This document shows, in pieces, positions 1-13,512 of a DNA stretch of 64,000 bases. Made by a program: the position numbers and the translations under genes. Below the pieces are notes generated by a model. The model was not told where the DNA came from, did not search any database, and was given only the letters and a program-made list of their open reading frames with translations. Source of the stretch: Octopus bimaculoides (Eukaryota); contig NC_068997.1 of the NCBI RefSeq assembly GCF_001194135.2, positions 41,891,836 to 41,955,835 on the forward strand, given 5' to 3'. The number at the start of each line of letters is the position of its first letter. Positions within the stretch are counted from its first letter, which is position 1.

Positions 1-51
1 ACTGTGGAACTACTAGAATCTTGATATAAGGTGTGGTGATCCATATACCTT

Positions 52-180
52 CAGCATTTTTGCTTTTCATCCTTTTGGGATCAATAAATTAAGTACTTGT
101 TGTTTACTGGGGTTGACCTAATTGACCAGCTCCACCTCCCAAAAACGCTTGGGCCTTGTGTCAAGAGTAGAAAAGATTGT
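52..180 (+). mobile_element. SINE family A, 3' part
   Basis: ttttcatccttttgggatcaataaattaagtac...ggccttgtg...gtagaaaagatt, homologous to the full copy at 50474. Confidence 0.75.
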
Positions 181-279
181 CTAACAATAGTTAATTCATA
201 TATTGTTTATGTAAAAAGCCACAAGGTGCCTCCACCACCAAAGACTTCAACTATTTGAAATTTTGGGTTGACATCACAT

Positions 280-540
280 CTCAGTTACGTGAGGGCTTTT
301 CTTCCAGAAAGCACAGAACTGGGAGAAAAACGTAACTAACTGAGGTGGATGTCAACAGAGAAAATATTAACTTTCATAAAGTTGAAAAAATAAATGGAAG
401 GAAAAAAGTTTGCAGATTGTGTTCACTGCAAAAAAGAAAAACTGCGAAAGGATATCAGGTCGAGACCTCATATATTTGTTAGTTTTGCAAAATGCCCTTG
501 TGTAAAAGGGGTCTTTGGACAGTTTCATGATAGAATATGG
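280..540 (+). pseudogene. piggyBac/PGBD-type transposase C-terminal cysteine-rich domain remnant
   Basis: A frame from ~369 reads NFHKVEKINGRKKVCRLCSLQKRKTAKGYQVETSYIC*FCKMPLCKR, then frameshifts to FGQFH. Upstream reads QLREGFSSRKHRTGRK. Fits the piggyBac CxxC...CxxC...LC...FH tail. Confidence 0.7.
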
Positions 541-2146
541 CGTAACTATATTTTGCTGTTTGATAGTAATACTATCATATATTCCTTTCATTTTATTACA
601 AATAATATGTGAAAATGAGAAATACATATTAATTTTCAGTATGTTACACACCTGTATTCACCTTTGCTTCACCTGTTAATGAGCTTTTTTTTTATTAGAT
701 GCATTCTGTTATGTAAATGTATTCATTAAATTGTATAAGAGTACATAGCCAATGGCATATTGACTAGTAAAAGAGTTTTGTACTTTATTTTCAATGAAAA
801 AGTTTGAATGAAATATAGAGAAAGAAAATCTTTACTTGTATTTAATGAATTCAAATTAATCTACCTCATCTTGAAAAGTGGCAAAATTGTAGGTGGTTTA
901 CATTTGGGATAATTTTAGTAACAAATCAAACAGGTAAGATGTATTAAGAATTTCAATTTTAGTGTTTATCCATAATATTATTGCTATTACACCTGTTCAT
1001 TAAATTTACCTGCCCATAAAAGTCAAATTTAATTAGCAAGATCAGCTAAAATTACATAGCTATAATCCACTGGTATATAAGCACCCACTGACAAAATTTC
1101 AAATCTGTATGTAAAAAATTAACAAAATTTATAAACAAACATTGTAGACACCCCTCTTGAACCTGGATAATTCAAAATAACGTGAACAAATAAGTATTAC
1201 ATTTGACATTAATCTGAACACTAAAAGGTTAAAGTCCCTTACCATAAGTAACTGCAACTGACACCAAGTCTTGAATTGCATGTCAGCACTTTCCAAGAAG
1301 TGTCATTAATTGGGGCTAAAAAAATAGTAACTAAGCACTCTTCTGTGTAAGAAACAAAGTTTAGCCTCATTTTAAAATAATGACCCATTTACATTATGCC
1401 TGTTTACTTTCTCAGATTATCAAGTGTATTTTTTCACATTTTCCTTCTGGTATTTGACTACCATTGCAACAGATAACTTAAGCAGTGAGTTAGAAATCAG
1501 TTATATTATTATCAATTTATTTATTAATGATATATCTATTATTATTTATTAATGATTTAATTAGAGAAGGAGAGTTTAGACTTGGGTAAAATAATGAGAA
1601 TGATATTTCAATGTCGTCTATACACATCAGTGATCTAAGTGATTCTGACTGGAATTTATGTCAAAGTCATTGATTCTGAGCAGGAATGAAGCGATCACAC
1701 AGCTGATCATTGCATCAATACTTTCATGAGGCTCACAAAATTTTTCAGCTTAATATTTTCTTTACCATTTTTTCCTGAAGAAATTTTTGTCAGGAGGAAA
1801 TGAAATTAAATGTCAAGTTGTGTAACTTCCAAGTTACAGAGATTATTGGAATACAAATTCATCTCTTAAAACAGAAAATTTATGCCCAGGAATCAATATC
1901 TTGAAATATCTGGGAAAACATTTACATGTAGTCAACTTATTTATAGTCAACCCATCTAGCCAGGTGACAGTGACATGACAACAGGTAAAAACCAATTTCA
2001 CAATGTATACCAACAATCATTACATCCCATAATCAAATTTCCTCTAAATTCATGCAATAGTTATATTTTTATGATTTTTTTTTCAGACTAAGTGTATACC
2101 ATCAAAATATTTGGTTACTAACAGGACTGGGAGAATTTGTTAATCC

Positions 2147-2188
<42 letters not shown>

Positions 2189-2472
2189 TCTGAATTCATA
2201 CTCATCTCTTCTCATCTTTCATATTGTATCTACAATCCTCATAAGAAGGGTACACAATTCCTTTTGTCCTGTCTTTCTTTCCTACATGCAATGACAACTG
2301 AAAGCCACTGGAATTGAGCCTAAATCATTTGAAACACAAGCCCAAGACTGTACCAAGTGGCAGTGTCCCTTCACCATCAGAACCAAAAGCTTCAAAGTTA
2401 CAAATGAGAGAAAGAAGAAATCAAGTAGCAGGAGAGAAAGGCTCAACAAAATCAGCTTCATTGCTGTGTTAA

Positions 2473-2688
2473 CCCTTTCGATACCAACCCAGCTGAAACA
2501 GCCTCTGACTCTGTAGTACAAATATCTTGTTTTCAAAAGTTCTGAATCAAAATCTTCCAGCAAACCTTAGTCACAATTTATGTTCCTAACACTAGCTGAA
2601 TGATAACTAAGTTATTTTACTAAATTCTTTGTTATATTTAAAATTAATTGAAAGAAACACAGAGCAGCTCAATATGGTAACAAAAAGG
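2473..2688. mobile_element. piggyBac-like MITE (subfamily 2)
   Basis: TTAA|CCCTTTCGATACC ... GGTAACAAAAAGG|TTAA; TTAA TSD at 2469-2472 and 2689-2692. Confidence 0.8.
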
Positions 2689-3406
2689 TTAAAAGGGCTA
2701 TGAAACAGGAAACACAAACCAACCCTTTATGAACTCAGCAAACTAAGAACAATGAATAAAAATAGATTAGTGTAACAGTCATTATGTGAAATTCTAGAAA
2801 GGTCCAACACAGATTCTACCCATTAGAATTACTTTTTGACCAGCAAATAATAATCAATTTTGAGTGTGTATGAATTACAGTGCAACAAAAGAGGATTGTT
2901 TTAAAGATCTGACAAACATAATGACATTCCTAATTTCAAGCCACAATCTGTTGGACTACAGCAATATGAAATCTATAAAGTACACAGGGCAGAATAAACA
3001 ATTTCTCTACAAACTTGAGACATTTACAAGGCTTAGAGTGACTACATCCAAGACTGTCAGGCTACAGAACATTATTTTGATCAATAAAGCAAACTTCCAT
3101 CAAAACTCAAGTTTTTTTTGTTTTTTTTTTAGATATTCCATACACACATGCATATATATATATATATATATATAGGTTCAAAAAAACACAAAAAACAATA
3201 ACAAAAACACAACAAAGTGAGGACGTGATACGGATAGTGTTATTGGACGCTCGGGAAAGGAATATATATATATATATATNNNNNNNNNNNNNNNNNNNNN
3301 NNNNNNNNNNNNNNNNNNNNNNNNNNNNNNNNNNNAACTAGGAGATGTGAGTGAGTGTATATGAGAGTGAGTGAGAGAATGTGTGTGTGAATATATATAT
3401 TATGTG

Positions 3407-3459
<53 letters not shown>

Positions 3460-4009
3460 TGTATACACATCACACAGAGGGTGTGGGAGGTGTATAATAC
3501 ACATACACACACAAGCCATCTGCTTTATCCCAGCATTATATGAAGTATGGTTAATATCACTATGACTACATTACCCTACCACCAACACATCACAACCAAC
3601 ACTGCCACCACCAATATCATCACTACTTCTCCTTGAAAATAATGGAGACATTATTGAAAGGAAGTTAATACATATTTTTCCCTTCTAGAATACATGATTA
3701 AATCAATGTAATGTTATACATTACATGCAAGTACATGTGTGTCTGTGTGTGAGAATATGAGGTACCATGGAATAAGAAGTAAAAGCCACAATTAACAGAG
3801 CCTGCAACCTGGTTTTGATTCCTAGCTAATGCTATCTCACTTCTTATATGCTGCTAATGGTATTGGAAAGGCACAAATGCCACAACTCCCATTCATTTTC
3901 TTTTGTTATAAATAGATCTCATCACCCATGAACAAATATTTCTGGTGAAGGTTCTATCTCACCAACATTTGAGTTAAATATTCACTTATCATACACACAA
4001 AAACACACA

Positions 4010-4175
4010 CAACTTTGTGGGTAAGAATTAAGAAGTTCACTTCACAAGATTCTAGGTTCAATCCCATTGCACTGCTCCTTAGGTAACTTGTTTTCCACTG
4101 AAGCTTGAGGTTGACTAGCGCTTTGTGCGTGGGATTTGATAGATGGAAACTATGCAGAAGCCCATCAGGCACACA
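4010..4175 (+). mobile_element. tRNA-derived SINE (family B-like), diverged 5' half
   Basis: B-box-like ggttcaatccc, then core and gatttgatagatggaaact...gaagccc as in the 31719 copy. Confidence 0.6.
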
Positions 4176-4369
4176 CACACACNNNNNNNNNNNNNNNNNN
4201 NNNNNNNNNNNNNNNNNNNNNNNNNNNNNNNNNNNNNNNNNNNNNNNNNNNNNNNNNNNNNNNNNNNNNNNNNNNNNNNNNNNNNNNNNNNNNNNNNNNN
4301 NNNNNNNNNNNNNNNNNNNNNNNNNNNNNNNNNNNNNNNNNNNNNNNNNNNNNNNNNNNNNNNNAGAGA

Positions 4370-4414
<45 letters not shown>

Positions 4415-6295
4415 GATAAAATAGCTAGATGTGGTTGGACAGTATCCAAAATAGAAAATAAGACTTTGAAATTTTATATGCTTCGACGTTAATACTAGAA
4501 TGTTAACTTGTATTTTTATATAATGTTACCATATATATGCATTAATATTTTACATATAGACTCACTGCCGGACATATCCTTCATCAGCTGTCAACAAGAG
4601 ACAACAACAATTCCTGTACCTTCTGACAGTAAATATATAGCTCCCTCCAGTGGAGCCAAGTAACACTGAAGCAGTTATCTTAAAGAATCATAACATTCTG
4701 ATTAATACTATAGGCTCAAATGTTGCATTAAGGCAAAACATTTATCCCATAAGTCGTATTTCTACCACCAGATTCTGCTACATTTAACTGTAGAAACCAT
4801 TACTGATAAATAATTTAGTCAGAAATCTCCCTTAGTTTATCTCTAGGGTGACTCTGCCTCCTACTACAGATGCTGTTATCATTTCTACATTGGTTTGCAC
4901 TATTTTTGAGTATACAGTTTCCATATCACCTGCAGTTAAAATTACATGATGCATCTGCCTGTTAGTTTCTTCCCAGCCAAACTGCACTAAGCTGCTGTTT
5001 TATTTTTGCTTTCACATCAATTAAAAACCATCAGCACTCCAATAAAAACACCACCCACACTTAACTCAATGTTCTTTTTGTAGAGAACCTAAACACAAAT
5101 CAGTCGCAAAAAACTGTGGCAGCCTCAACTGTTTATTATATATAACTTGTATTATCATTATATATAACTTGCTTGTATTTGAAGTTAGCAAAACTTCTAG
5201 TAAAAGACCACCCAACTGCAACATAAAGGATCATAATTTTATACAATAACTATGCTCAACATAGCCAGTATTTGTAGTCTTTAATTTCAACACTATCGCA
5301 TATATTCCTCCAATCTTTTTTCCCAGTCTCTTTCTGAAAATATTCTTGATTATTGCAGAATGTTAGTCAAAAGATTTTTGAAGATTTGTTTTAAATATCT
5401 GACAGTAGACATGACATTGCTGCCATTTTTAATAAAAATACCTAGAAAGGTTTCAGCATTTCAACTTGGAGAGTCATGATGGCTTATGACAGCCTTTTGA
5501 ATGTTTTTGTGTTATGAGGTAGTCATAACTCTAAACACACCATCCATATTTACCTGACAGCAAAGTTAGACAGTAAAACAAACTTAGTGATGGAGCAATA
5601 AACTACACATGGTCTTCAGTTATAATGTTCAATCCTCTCTAATTTCAATAATGAGACATCCAATCTGTTTTCTAAAGATCAACACTGAAACTTAGAAGAT
5701 GCTGGTCTCTCAAAGTTAGTTACAGAAGTTAAACATATTCAACTACACAGTAACTTGGTACCTAACAGAATACTGCTAGGAAATATTTAAATTTTGGGTC
5801 AGGAAGTCTGGTAGACAACTATTTAAATACTTTTTAATATCTGTTGAATTTACATTTCCCCCCAAGATACACATCTTAGAGGAAATGTGCTTAGTTATAT
5901 TTATGTCTTGAAGTAAATTAAATTTTAAACAAAAACCCAGCTAACACGTTTGTTATCATTAAGAATGTTAGAGATTTAATCATTCTTTATTCTTTGTCAA
6001 ATGTTATTCCAAAGGTCTTATTTGGTTAACACTTGAAGAGCTATCTAAAATAACTTGACATGGAAGCCTACATGTAAGCATTCTAAGAGATAAATGAACA
6101 TTCATTCTCTTTTTATTGTATCTGTTATTTCAAATCAAATTTACACTGTCAGCACCAATTATACTGGCCTGCCATATTGAATAAATTAATTATATGATTA
6201 GTCTAGCTTAGTATATAAGATTCCACAAGTAATATCAACTTATTTCCTCTGCTCACAAAGTCATTTTTTCTTCTATAACAGGGGATAGGTGTTTG

Positions 6296-6299
<4 letters not shown>

Positions 6300-6358
<59 letters not shown>
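6300..6358. repeat. (TG)n microsatellite
   Basis: Perfect TG run. Confidence 0.98.
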
Positions 6359-6359
<1 letters not shown>

Positions 6360-7759
6360 ATGCATATATAGTGCATGCGTAATAATATTTTAACTACTAT
6401 TATGACAGTCTATGAAGTCAAAGGAAATAAAGATACGTAATATATCATAAAAATGTTTCAATTTCAATCAGACTTAAAGACTATCTTATAAAACATAAGT
6501 AACAAGTCATATTCATATGATCATGATATTCATGTATCTCCAAAACAGCCAAAAAAGGGTTGCATGTGACTCCAGTACAATAGGTTGCATTATAAACACA
6601 CTGTAAAGTATTGTACATATAGTATCAAGCACTGATTCCCTTTCATGAGCTGAGTTCAAAATTTGTTAAATAGACAAGCCTTTCAAAAAAACTAGGGAGT
6701 GTTGAGAAAATCAGTTAAATACAAGAGTTCCTTCCTTGTGAAAGGTTTGGGATCCAAGTACATGGTTTAAATTGTATATAATATAATGTAAAGCAATGTA
6801 TAGTTTATACTGCATAGTATGTGTCTCTGTATATTGGAAAGGATTTCAAGTTAAACAATGCATTTAATAAAACATAGCTTTATTGTCTGTTTACTTCTAA
6901 TTTCCCATAAAAAAAACATTTTTCAAAGATAAGTCAGTGATACATAAACAAAGGGAAGCCATCACAATAGACAATGTGAAGTAGAGACAGTCAGACAGAC
7001 CTCTTGACTGCTCTAATTAAAAGCCAGAGGTCGACTGAGACAGAACTCAAGAGTTATGGTAGCAGTAAGTAACGTTTAAAAATTTCCTGCCATTCAAGTA
7101 AGTAGGCAAACTGAATGCAAACATTATCTGGCTGCAAGTTGTTAGCAGTTCAACTAATTTTGAGGTGTTATTTGAAGCATTGTGATAAGTAAAAACTGAT
7201 TAGGTTTGAAAACCAAACATTGTGCTTCATAAAAATATAGTTTTATTGTTATCTTCTTCAGAATCTCCTATCAGCACACATGAACACATGCATGCAAGTG
7301 TGTGTGTGTGTGTGTCCCCCTGTCCCTATATAAAATATAACAATTTGACTCAGCTCCATATGACAAAGTCAAACTAGTTGTGAAATATATGCAGATCCCA
7401 CCAAATATGTAGAGTGCCCCCTTCCTTGGTTTGTCCACTCACACATATGTGTGTCAGGGCATGTGGACAAGTGATTGTTGTTCTCACAATCCACAGATCA
7501 TGGGTTTGGTTCCTGGACAAGGTAGTGCTTTGTGTTCTTGGGTAAAACATTTCTGCAATCACTTCAGCATATGACATATAACACATTGTGCACTTGCACA
7601 GACAATGTTGATTCGAGTTGATTCGATAGAAAAGAGAGAGCTTATGTGTAGCAAGAAATTGTAGAACTGTCAGACTCGAGAGACTGCGATTATTAAAAGT
7701 GGGGTGGGGGCAAACTGGCAGGGTCATTACCACACCATTCTTGCTATACAGTCTGATTT

Positions 7760-8050
7760 TAAATGCCGCCAAGGTTGACTTTGCCTTTCAGGGATGAAAA
7801 AATAAGTATCAGCTGGGCAGTGGGGTCAATGTAATCAACCTATCCATCTCTCTAAACTTGCTGGCCTTGTGGCAAAATTTGAAACTATTATTATTTCATA
7901 TAGCATATTTCATATGCTGGCCTTGTGCCAAATTTTGTAAATCATTATTATTTCATATAACCTCAGCAGAATTTGAACTCAGACCAGAAAGATGGATAAA
8001 ATGCCACCAAGCACCTTGTCCAGCATGCTAATGATCCTGCCAGCTCACCT
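7760..8050. mobile_element. Two SINE family A fragments in opposite orientation; first has a duplicated tail
   Basis: Plus copy ~7760-7960 with the gctggccttgtg...attattatttcatata tail present twice; minus-strand head ~7961-8050. Confidence 0.7.
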
Positions 8051-8159
8051 CATTATCATTATTATCATTGTTCAATATTTGATAAGTTTCAGGCAAATTT
8101 GCACTGCATCACCTGCTACACTTCTCTGTTGCTGGGATAGTGTGCAAACTCTTTCCGTT

Positions 8160-8557
8160 ATAGTATTGTATTAGTTTCTTTTTTTGTTTTTATGAGGTAC
8201 AGCAAAGTCTTTTGTTGTATTAGTGTTTGTATTGTGTTGTGTGTGTACTGCATTGGGTATCCAGCCTGCTGATGGTAGTTATATTTCATTGGATATTTGC
8301 TGCACAGAGTGTCTTGTGTTTGTGGATTGTTTTGTTTAGGTTGTATAATTGAATTGATAGTGCCTTGCATAGAATGTGGGCTGTTCCTAGCAGGGCTATT
8401 TTTTGGATAGTGCATAGTGTTGAAGATCCAGGTATAGTATCTACGTTTTTGCTCAGATTTTTTTTATCAAGCCCAATGCTCCAATTATTACAGGTATTGT
8501 TTTCACCTTCATGCCCCACATCTTGAATACTTCAATTTCGAGGTCTTTGTACTTTGA
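8160..8557 (-). mobile_element. R4/Dong-like (RLE-type) non-LTR retrotransposon 3' fragment
   Basis: Minus strand reads SKYKDLEIEVFKMWGMKVKTIPVIIGALGLIKK/NLSKNVDTIPGSSTLCTIQKIALLGTAHILCKALSIQ, the RLE endonuclease C-terminus. Confidence 0.8.
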
Positions 8558-8585
8558 CAATTATTATTTAACAACAACAACAACA

Positions 8586-8787
8586 ATTTTGCCACAAGGG
8601 CAGCAATTTTGGGGGAGGGGATGAGTTGATTACATCAACCCCCAGTGTTCAACTGGTACTTATCTTATCGACCTTGAAAGGATGAAAGGCAAAGCCAACC
8701 TCAGCAGAATTTGAACTCAGAACATAGCAACGGGCGAAACAAGGCTAAGCATTTCATCCAGTGCACTAACGATTCTGCCAGCTTGCA
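8586..8787 (-). mobile_element. SINE family A, near full length
   Basis: Reverse complement of the 50474 copy, flanked by AAC and AAT microsatellites. Confidence 0.85.
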
Positions 8788-8789
8788 GC

Positions 8790-9583
<794 letters not shown>

Positions 9584-10074
9584 TGATGGACTCCTCAATC
9601 AAAGACAACATATCAGTTTTTGCCAAACAACCTGCACAAATGATTTGTTCACAGTGATCAAATGTATGTGCTGTACATTAGGTCACTCCCTCCATCAAAT
9701 TGCTACTGCCTGAACAGGTGCACAGTGAAGATAGATTACATAAGAAAAAAATAAAAATAAAACAAGTTTGAATATTTTAGCTGAATACCAAGTATTCATA
9801 ACCATTAAGGATCATAAAGAAAAATTTGCATCTAATCAGGTTAATTATGTCATTTAATTCCAAGATAGGATTGGTTAGTAAACAGATTCAGAACTAAACA
9901 ATAGCATTAAGAAGGCCACCAACTAATACCAGTGGAATATCAGTTATGACATTATTTGCTGGCTTTTTGTTTTTTGTCCTACCCATGCCAGCATGGAGCA
10001 TGGACGTTAAGTAATGATGCTATCTAAAATTCCTTCATGCAGCACCCTAGATTTTGCCCAAGAGGTATAATGCA

Positions 10075-10265
10075 ATCATCATCATCATTATCAACATTTA
10101 ATGTCTGTTTTCCATGCTGGCAAGGTTTGGACCAGACCAAGATTTGCACCAGGCTCCATAGTCTGTTTTGGGTTGGTTTCTACAACTGGATGCCTTTCCA
10201 AATACCAACCACTTTTCAGAATGTATTAGGTGCTTTTTATGTGGCACCAGCACCCAGACCAATGC
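10075..10265 (-). mobile_element. SINE family C (RTE-like tail, (GAT)n end), 3' part
   Basis: catcatcat tail, ttccatgctggca, ctggatgcc..cc.aa.accaaccac domain. Confidence 0.8.
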
Positions 10266-10279
10266 TTCTTACAAGGTAC

Positions 10280-11025
10280 CTCATAGTAATATAAAAATAA
10301 TAATGCATGGTAGAAAAAGGCTGGACTTCAAGTCAAAACTTCTGGGCCCAACATGTTCAATCACTATAAGTAAGCAATCATATGACTACAGAAAAAGAAG
10401 CATCACTAATATCATATGGTTTGCATCCAACATAAAATAAAATTTACCAAGAGACTTCCAAGCTCTAATAGACAAACTCTTCTCTCCTAATAAGCTATAG
10501 AAAATTTTCAAACAGACATGGCGCAAAACTAAGCTACAGTTACAACATGAACATGTAAAATATATCACATACAGAGACACAAGTTAATATTCATGCAAAA
10601 ACTTAAATAAATGCCTGATGGACAAACTATGCAATGCAGAGGCAATAATTTATGAAGCAAAGATCATTTCTAAAGAACCCAACCTACAAGTGATCTTGTC
10701 AAACAGAAAGGCAGCTTAAGCAAAGACTATTATAATCATACTTTCCATTAGAGGTGGGTGGCACATCAATAGAAGTTTTAGATTATTGTCCCTTAACTGA
10801 TGTTAATTTTGGAGAAACTGCAAAAGTTGTTTTACTTTCTTTTAAAACCTTCTCTAGGTACATAGATACAAATCTCTTTCTTTGGGGTATATGGATATAA
10901 AGACCACAACACATTTGGCCAACTACATATAGAAGTTGGAAAAAATATCTTTAAGCTGGAGTGTCAAGTGGAAAATCATATAGATACAAACCATACAGAA
11001 ATGTGAATGGTGTGCAGCAGAAGGA
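10280..11025 (+). pseudogene. Penelope-like element remnant (RT C-terminal linker and GIY-YIG endonuclease)
   Basis: RKRSITNIIWF...FQALIDKLFSPNKL*KIFK resembles PLE WFNPP...FLxLIDKHFP...LxKIFN. Then CLMDKLC..AIIYEAKI..KEP, a TEGS..QRL..NH-like segment, TTTHLANYI*KL, VKWKII and KCEWCAAE, with frameshifts and stops. Confidence 0.7.
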
Positions 11026-11263
11026 AAAAAAAAAGGAAAATACTAAAAAAAAAAAGAAGAAAAGAACAAGAAGAAAAGAACAGAAAGAAAATCATAACCA
11101 AAACTTCTATTTAAATACCTAATCATAAATATTTCAGAAATACAGACACTTCAAAAAAGACTTATGCAACAGGAGCACCACCTTCACCTGACAAAACACA
11201 AATGCATGGACATCTGATATTGCTTCACTTCAGAATGTCATTCTTTGCTTAATGTATGCGTGC

Positions 11264-11322
<59 letters not shown>

Positions 11323-11374
11323 CACACACAGAGTCACCTGTGTATTATAGTTAATGTGTATACACTGTTTCATA

Positions 11375-11745
11375 GGCCAGTTACTACAGTATTTGTTCAG
11401 AGATAACATCTCTTATGCACTTGCTATGTTAAAAACACAATAAGCATCAGAGAGAGGGATGAAAATTCATCCTTGTTGTGGCCAGTAAGAGCACCAGAGG
11501 TATTTCAACCTTTTGGGGCCTTTTCAGTAGCATGCATACTCACGTCAAGTCACATGTTTGACTGAGAAATCATTGTCTCTAATGTAAGAAAAAGTAAATA
11601 AAAACACTCCCTGATGTTGCATACCACTATGTGGCTGATTAAAAATCCTGTATACACAACTGAGGCAGTATTTATTGTGATTGTAACAAAGCAAGTCTAT
11701 AGGAGATGTTATCTGAGGATAAATATTGCTGGCCAGTTACTGCAG
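11375..11745. mobile_element. Long-TIR MITE-like inverted repeat element
   Basis: Arms 11375-11450 and 11660-11745: AGATAACATCTCTTATGCACTTGCTATGTTAAAAACACAATAA versus reverse complement AGATAACATCTCCTATAGACTTGCTTTGTTACAATCACAATAA. Confidence 0.75.
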
Positions 11746-11766
11746 CTAAAATAAAGCATATTGTTA

Positions 11767-11980
11767 TACTTGGGGATGGTGGTATTTTGCCAATTAAACA
11801 CACACACTATGTCTTTAGTTCAGCTTTATCATTATTATATTTGTTTCTTTGTCAAAGCTCTTCCATCACTTTCTTTTGTCCAGAAAGACAAATGGACAAA
11901 GCAGAGCAAGAGGAGACATGGGATAAAGAGTCACTGAAGAGGTCACAGGATGTGTGACAAAAGAGATTTGACAAAGAAAC

Positions 11981-12017
<37 letters not shown>

Positions 12018-12082
12018 GTAAACCTGAAGTAAAGATATAGTGCATATGTTTAATTGGCAAAATATGACCATCCCTACATGTA
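11767..12082. mobile_element. Inverted-repeat element with hammerhead-like core (Penelope pLTR-like, or TA-flanked MITE)
   Basis: Arms 11767-11862 and 11961-12082 share GGGATGG..ATTTTGCCAATTAAACA...GTTTCTTTGTCAAA.CTCTT; TA at both ends; the right arm has an (AAT)n expansion. Confidence 0.8.
11930..11972 (+). ncRNA. Degenerate minimal type I hammerhead ribozyme motif
   Basis: GTCA-CTGAAGA-G-GTCACA(ggatg)TGTGAC-AAAA-GAGA-T-T-TGAC: stem I GTCA/TGAC, core CUGAAGA, 6-bp stem II; the CGAAA box has decayed to AAAA. Confidence 0.55.
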
Positions 12083-12304
12083 CAGTAGTTTGAATATATG
12101 TCACATGGTAATAACATGAACTTCTTAAGCACACAGCCAGGCCTGCATGAGTGGGAAGGTGTATGTAATATATAATGTAATTCACAATATGTAACAAATA
12201 ATCATGTTTTGTTACTACATATATGTAAGATGGTATAACTATCTTATAAACAAACAGTTACATTTTGTTTTATCTCACACACATACACACAAACATATAT
12301 ATAT

Positions 12305-12480
12305 GGCCATGCTGGGGTACCACCTTGAAGAGTTTTAATCTAACAAATTGACCCCAGAACTTATGTTTTTAAGCCTAGTACCTATTCTATTGATCTCTTT
12401 TACTGAACTGCTACACAGGTGTAAGCATACCAACATTGGTTGCGAAGCAGTAGTGGAGGACAAACACAGACACATATATA
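12305..12480 (-). mobile_element. SINE family B, 3' half
   Basis: tggccatgctggggtaccacc...ttgaccccag...tacctattctat...gacaaacacagacac. Confidence 0.75.
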
Positions 12481-12745
12481 ATTATATATGTGAGTAAGGC
12501 CGCTTGACTGCTGTTTCTAGCCAGGCAGTTGTCCAGCATTGAGGAAGAGAAATAACCCAGAAACCATTGGTCTGCTGGCACTGCCAACAGCTAGAAGGGG
12601 GGCAGTGAGGCTCCCTGCTTACAGTGTGTCTTGGACACATATCATGTGTCAATAAACCAACTGGAAAAGACGTTTTCCTGGGGATTAAAAAGTAGTAACA
12701 TAGTTGTAGACAGGACTGCCACATTATGTTGGCAAATAAACTTTA

Positions 12746-12781
<36 letters not shown>

Positions 12782-13036
12782 NNNNNNNNNNNNNNNNNNN
12801 NNNNNNNNNNNNNNNNNNNNNNNNNNNNNNNNNNNNNNNNNNNNNNNNNNNNNNNNNNNNNNNNNNNNNNNNNNNNNNNNNNNNNNNNNNNNNNNNNNNN
12901 NNNNNNNNNNNNNNNNNNNNNNNNNNNNNNNNNNNNNNNNNNNNNNNNNNNNNNNNNNNNNNNNNNNNNNNNNNNNNNNNNNNNNNNNNNNNNNNNNNNN
13001 NNNNNNNNNNNNNNNNNNNNNNNNNNNNNNNNNNNN

Positions 13037-13175
13037 GTTTCTGTCTACTAAATCCACTCACAAAGCTTTGGTTGACCCAATGCCATAGCAGAAGATACCC
13101 CAGGAGCTACAGTGAGACTGAGCCCAGAACCATGTGGCTTGGAAGCAAGCTTCTTACCACACAACCATGCCTGTC
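13037..13175 (-). mobile_element. SINE family B, 5' half
   Basis: gtttctgtctactaaatccactcacaaagc...gagcccagaaccatgtggcttggaagcaagcttcttaccacacaacc. Confidence 0.8.
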
Positions 13176-13512
13176 ATATTTTGTTTTATTTGACACACAC
13201 ACACACACACACACACACGCATGCAAATATACATATATACACATTGAAATGCATACACAGAAATACACATATGCAAGTGCAGCATGGTCAAGTGTAAAGA
13301 AATTCAAACCATAAGGTCCTGGGTTTGAACCCAGCCGGTGGCATCTTGGGAGATTGTCATTTTTCTACACTCTTGAACCAACCCATACCTTCTGAGTGAA
13401 ATTAGGCACACAGAAACTGGATTCCCAGACAGATTGCATCTTTAATTCAAAAGGAACTAAAACATTGCCACACACACTACATCATACAGATCCTGTCTGA
13501 GAATTATATTAA

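Noticed and set aside
394-612. 72-aa ORF MEGKKFADCVHCKK...
   Set aside because: Off-frame reading of the piggyBac remnant; the homologous frame contains a stop.
12490-12750. GC-richer segment ending in AATAAA, possible solo LTR
   Set aside because: No clear TG...CA termini or TSD, and no second copy in the window.
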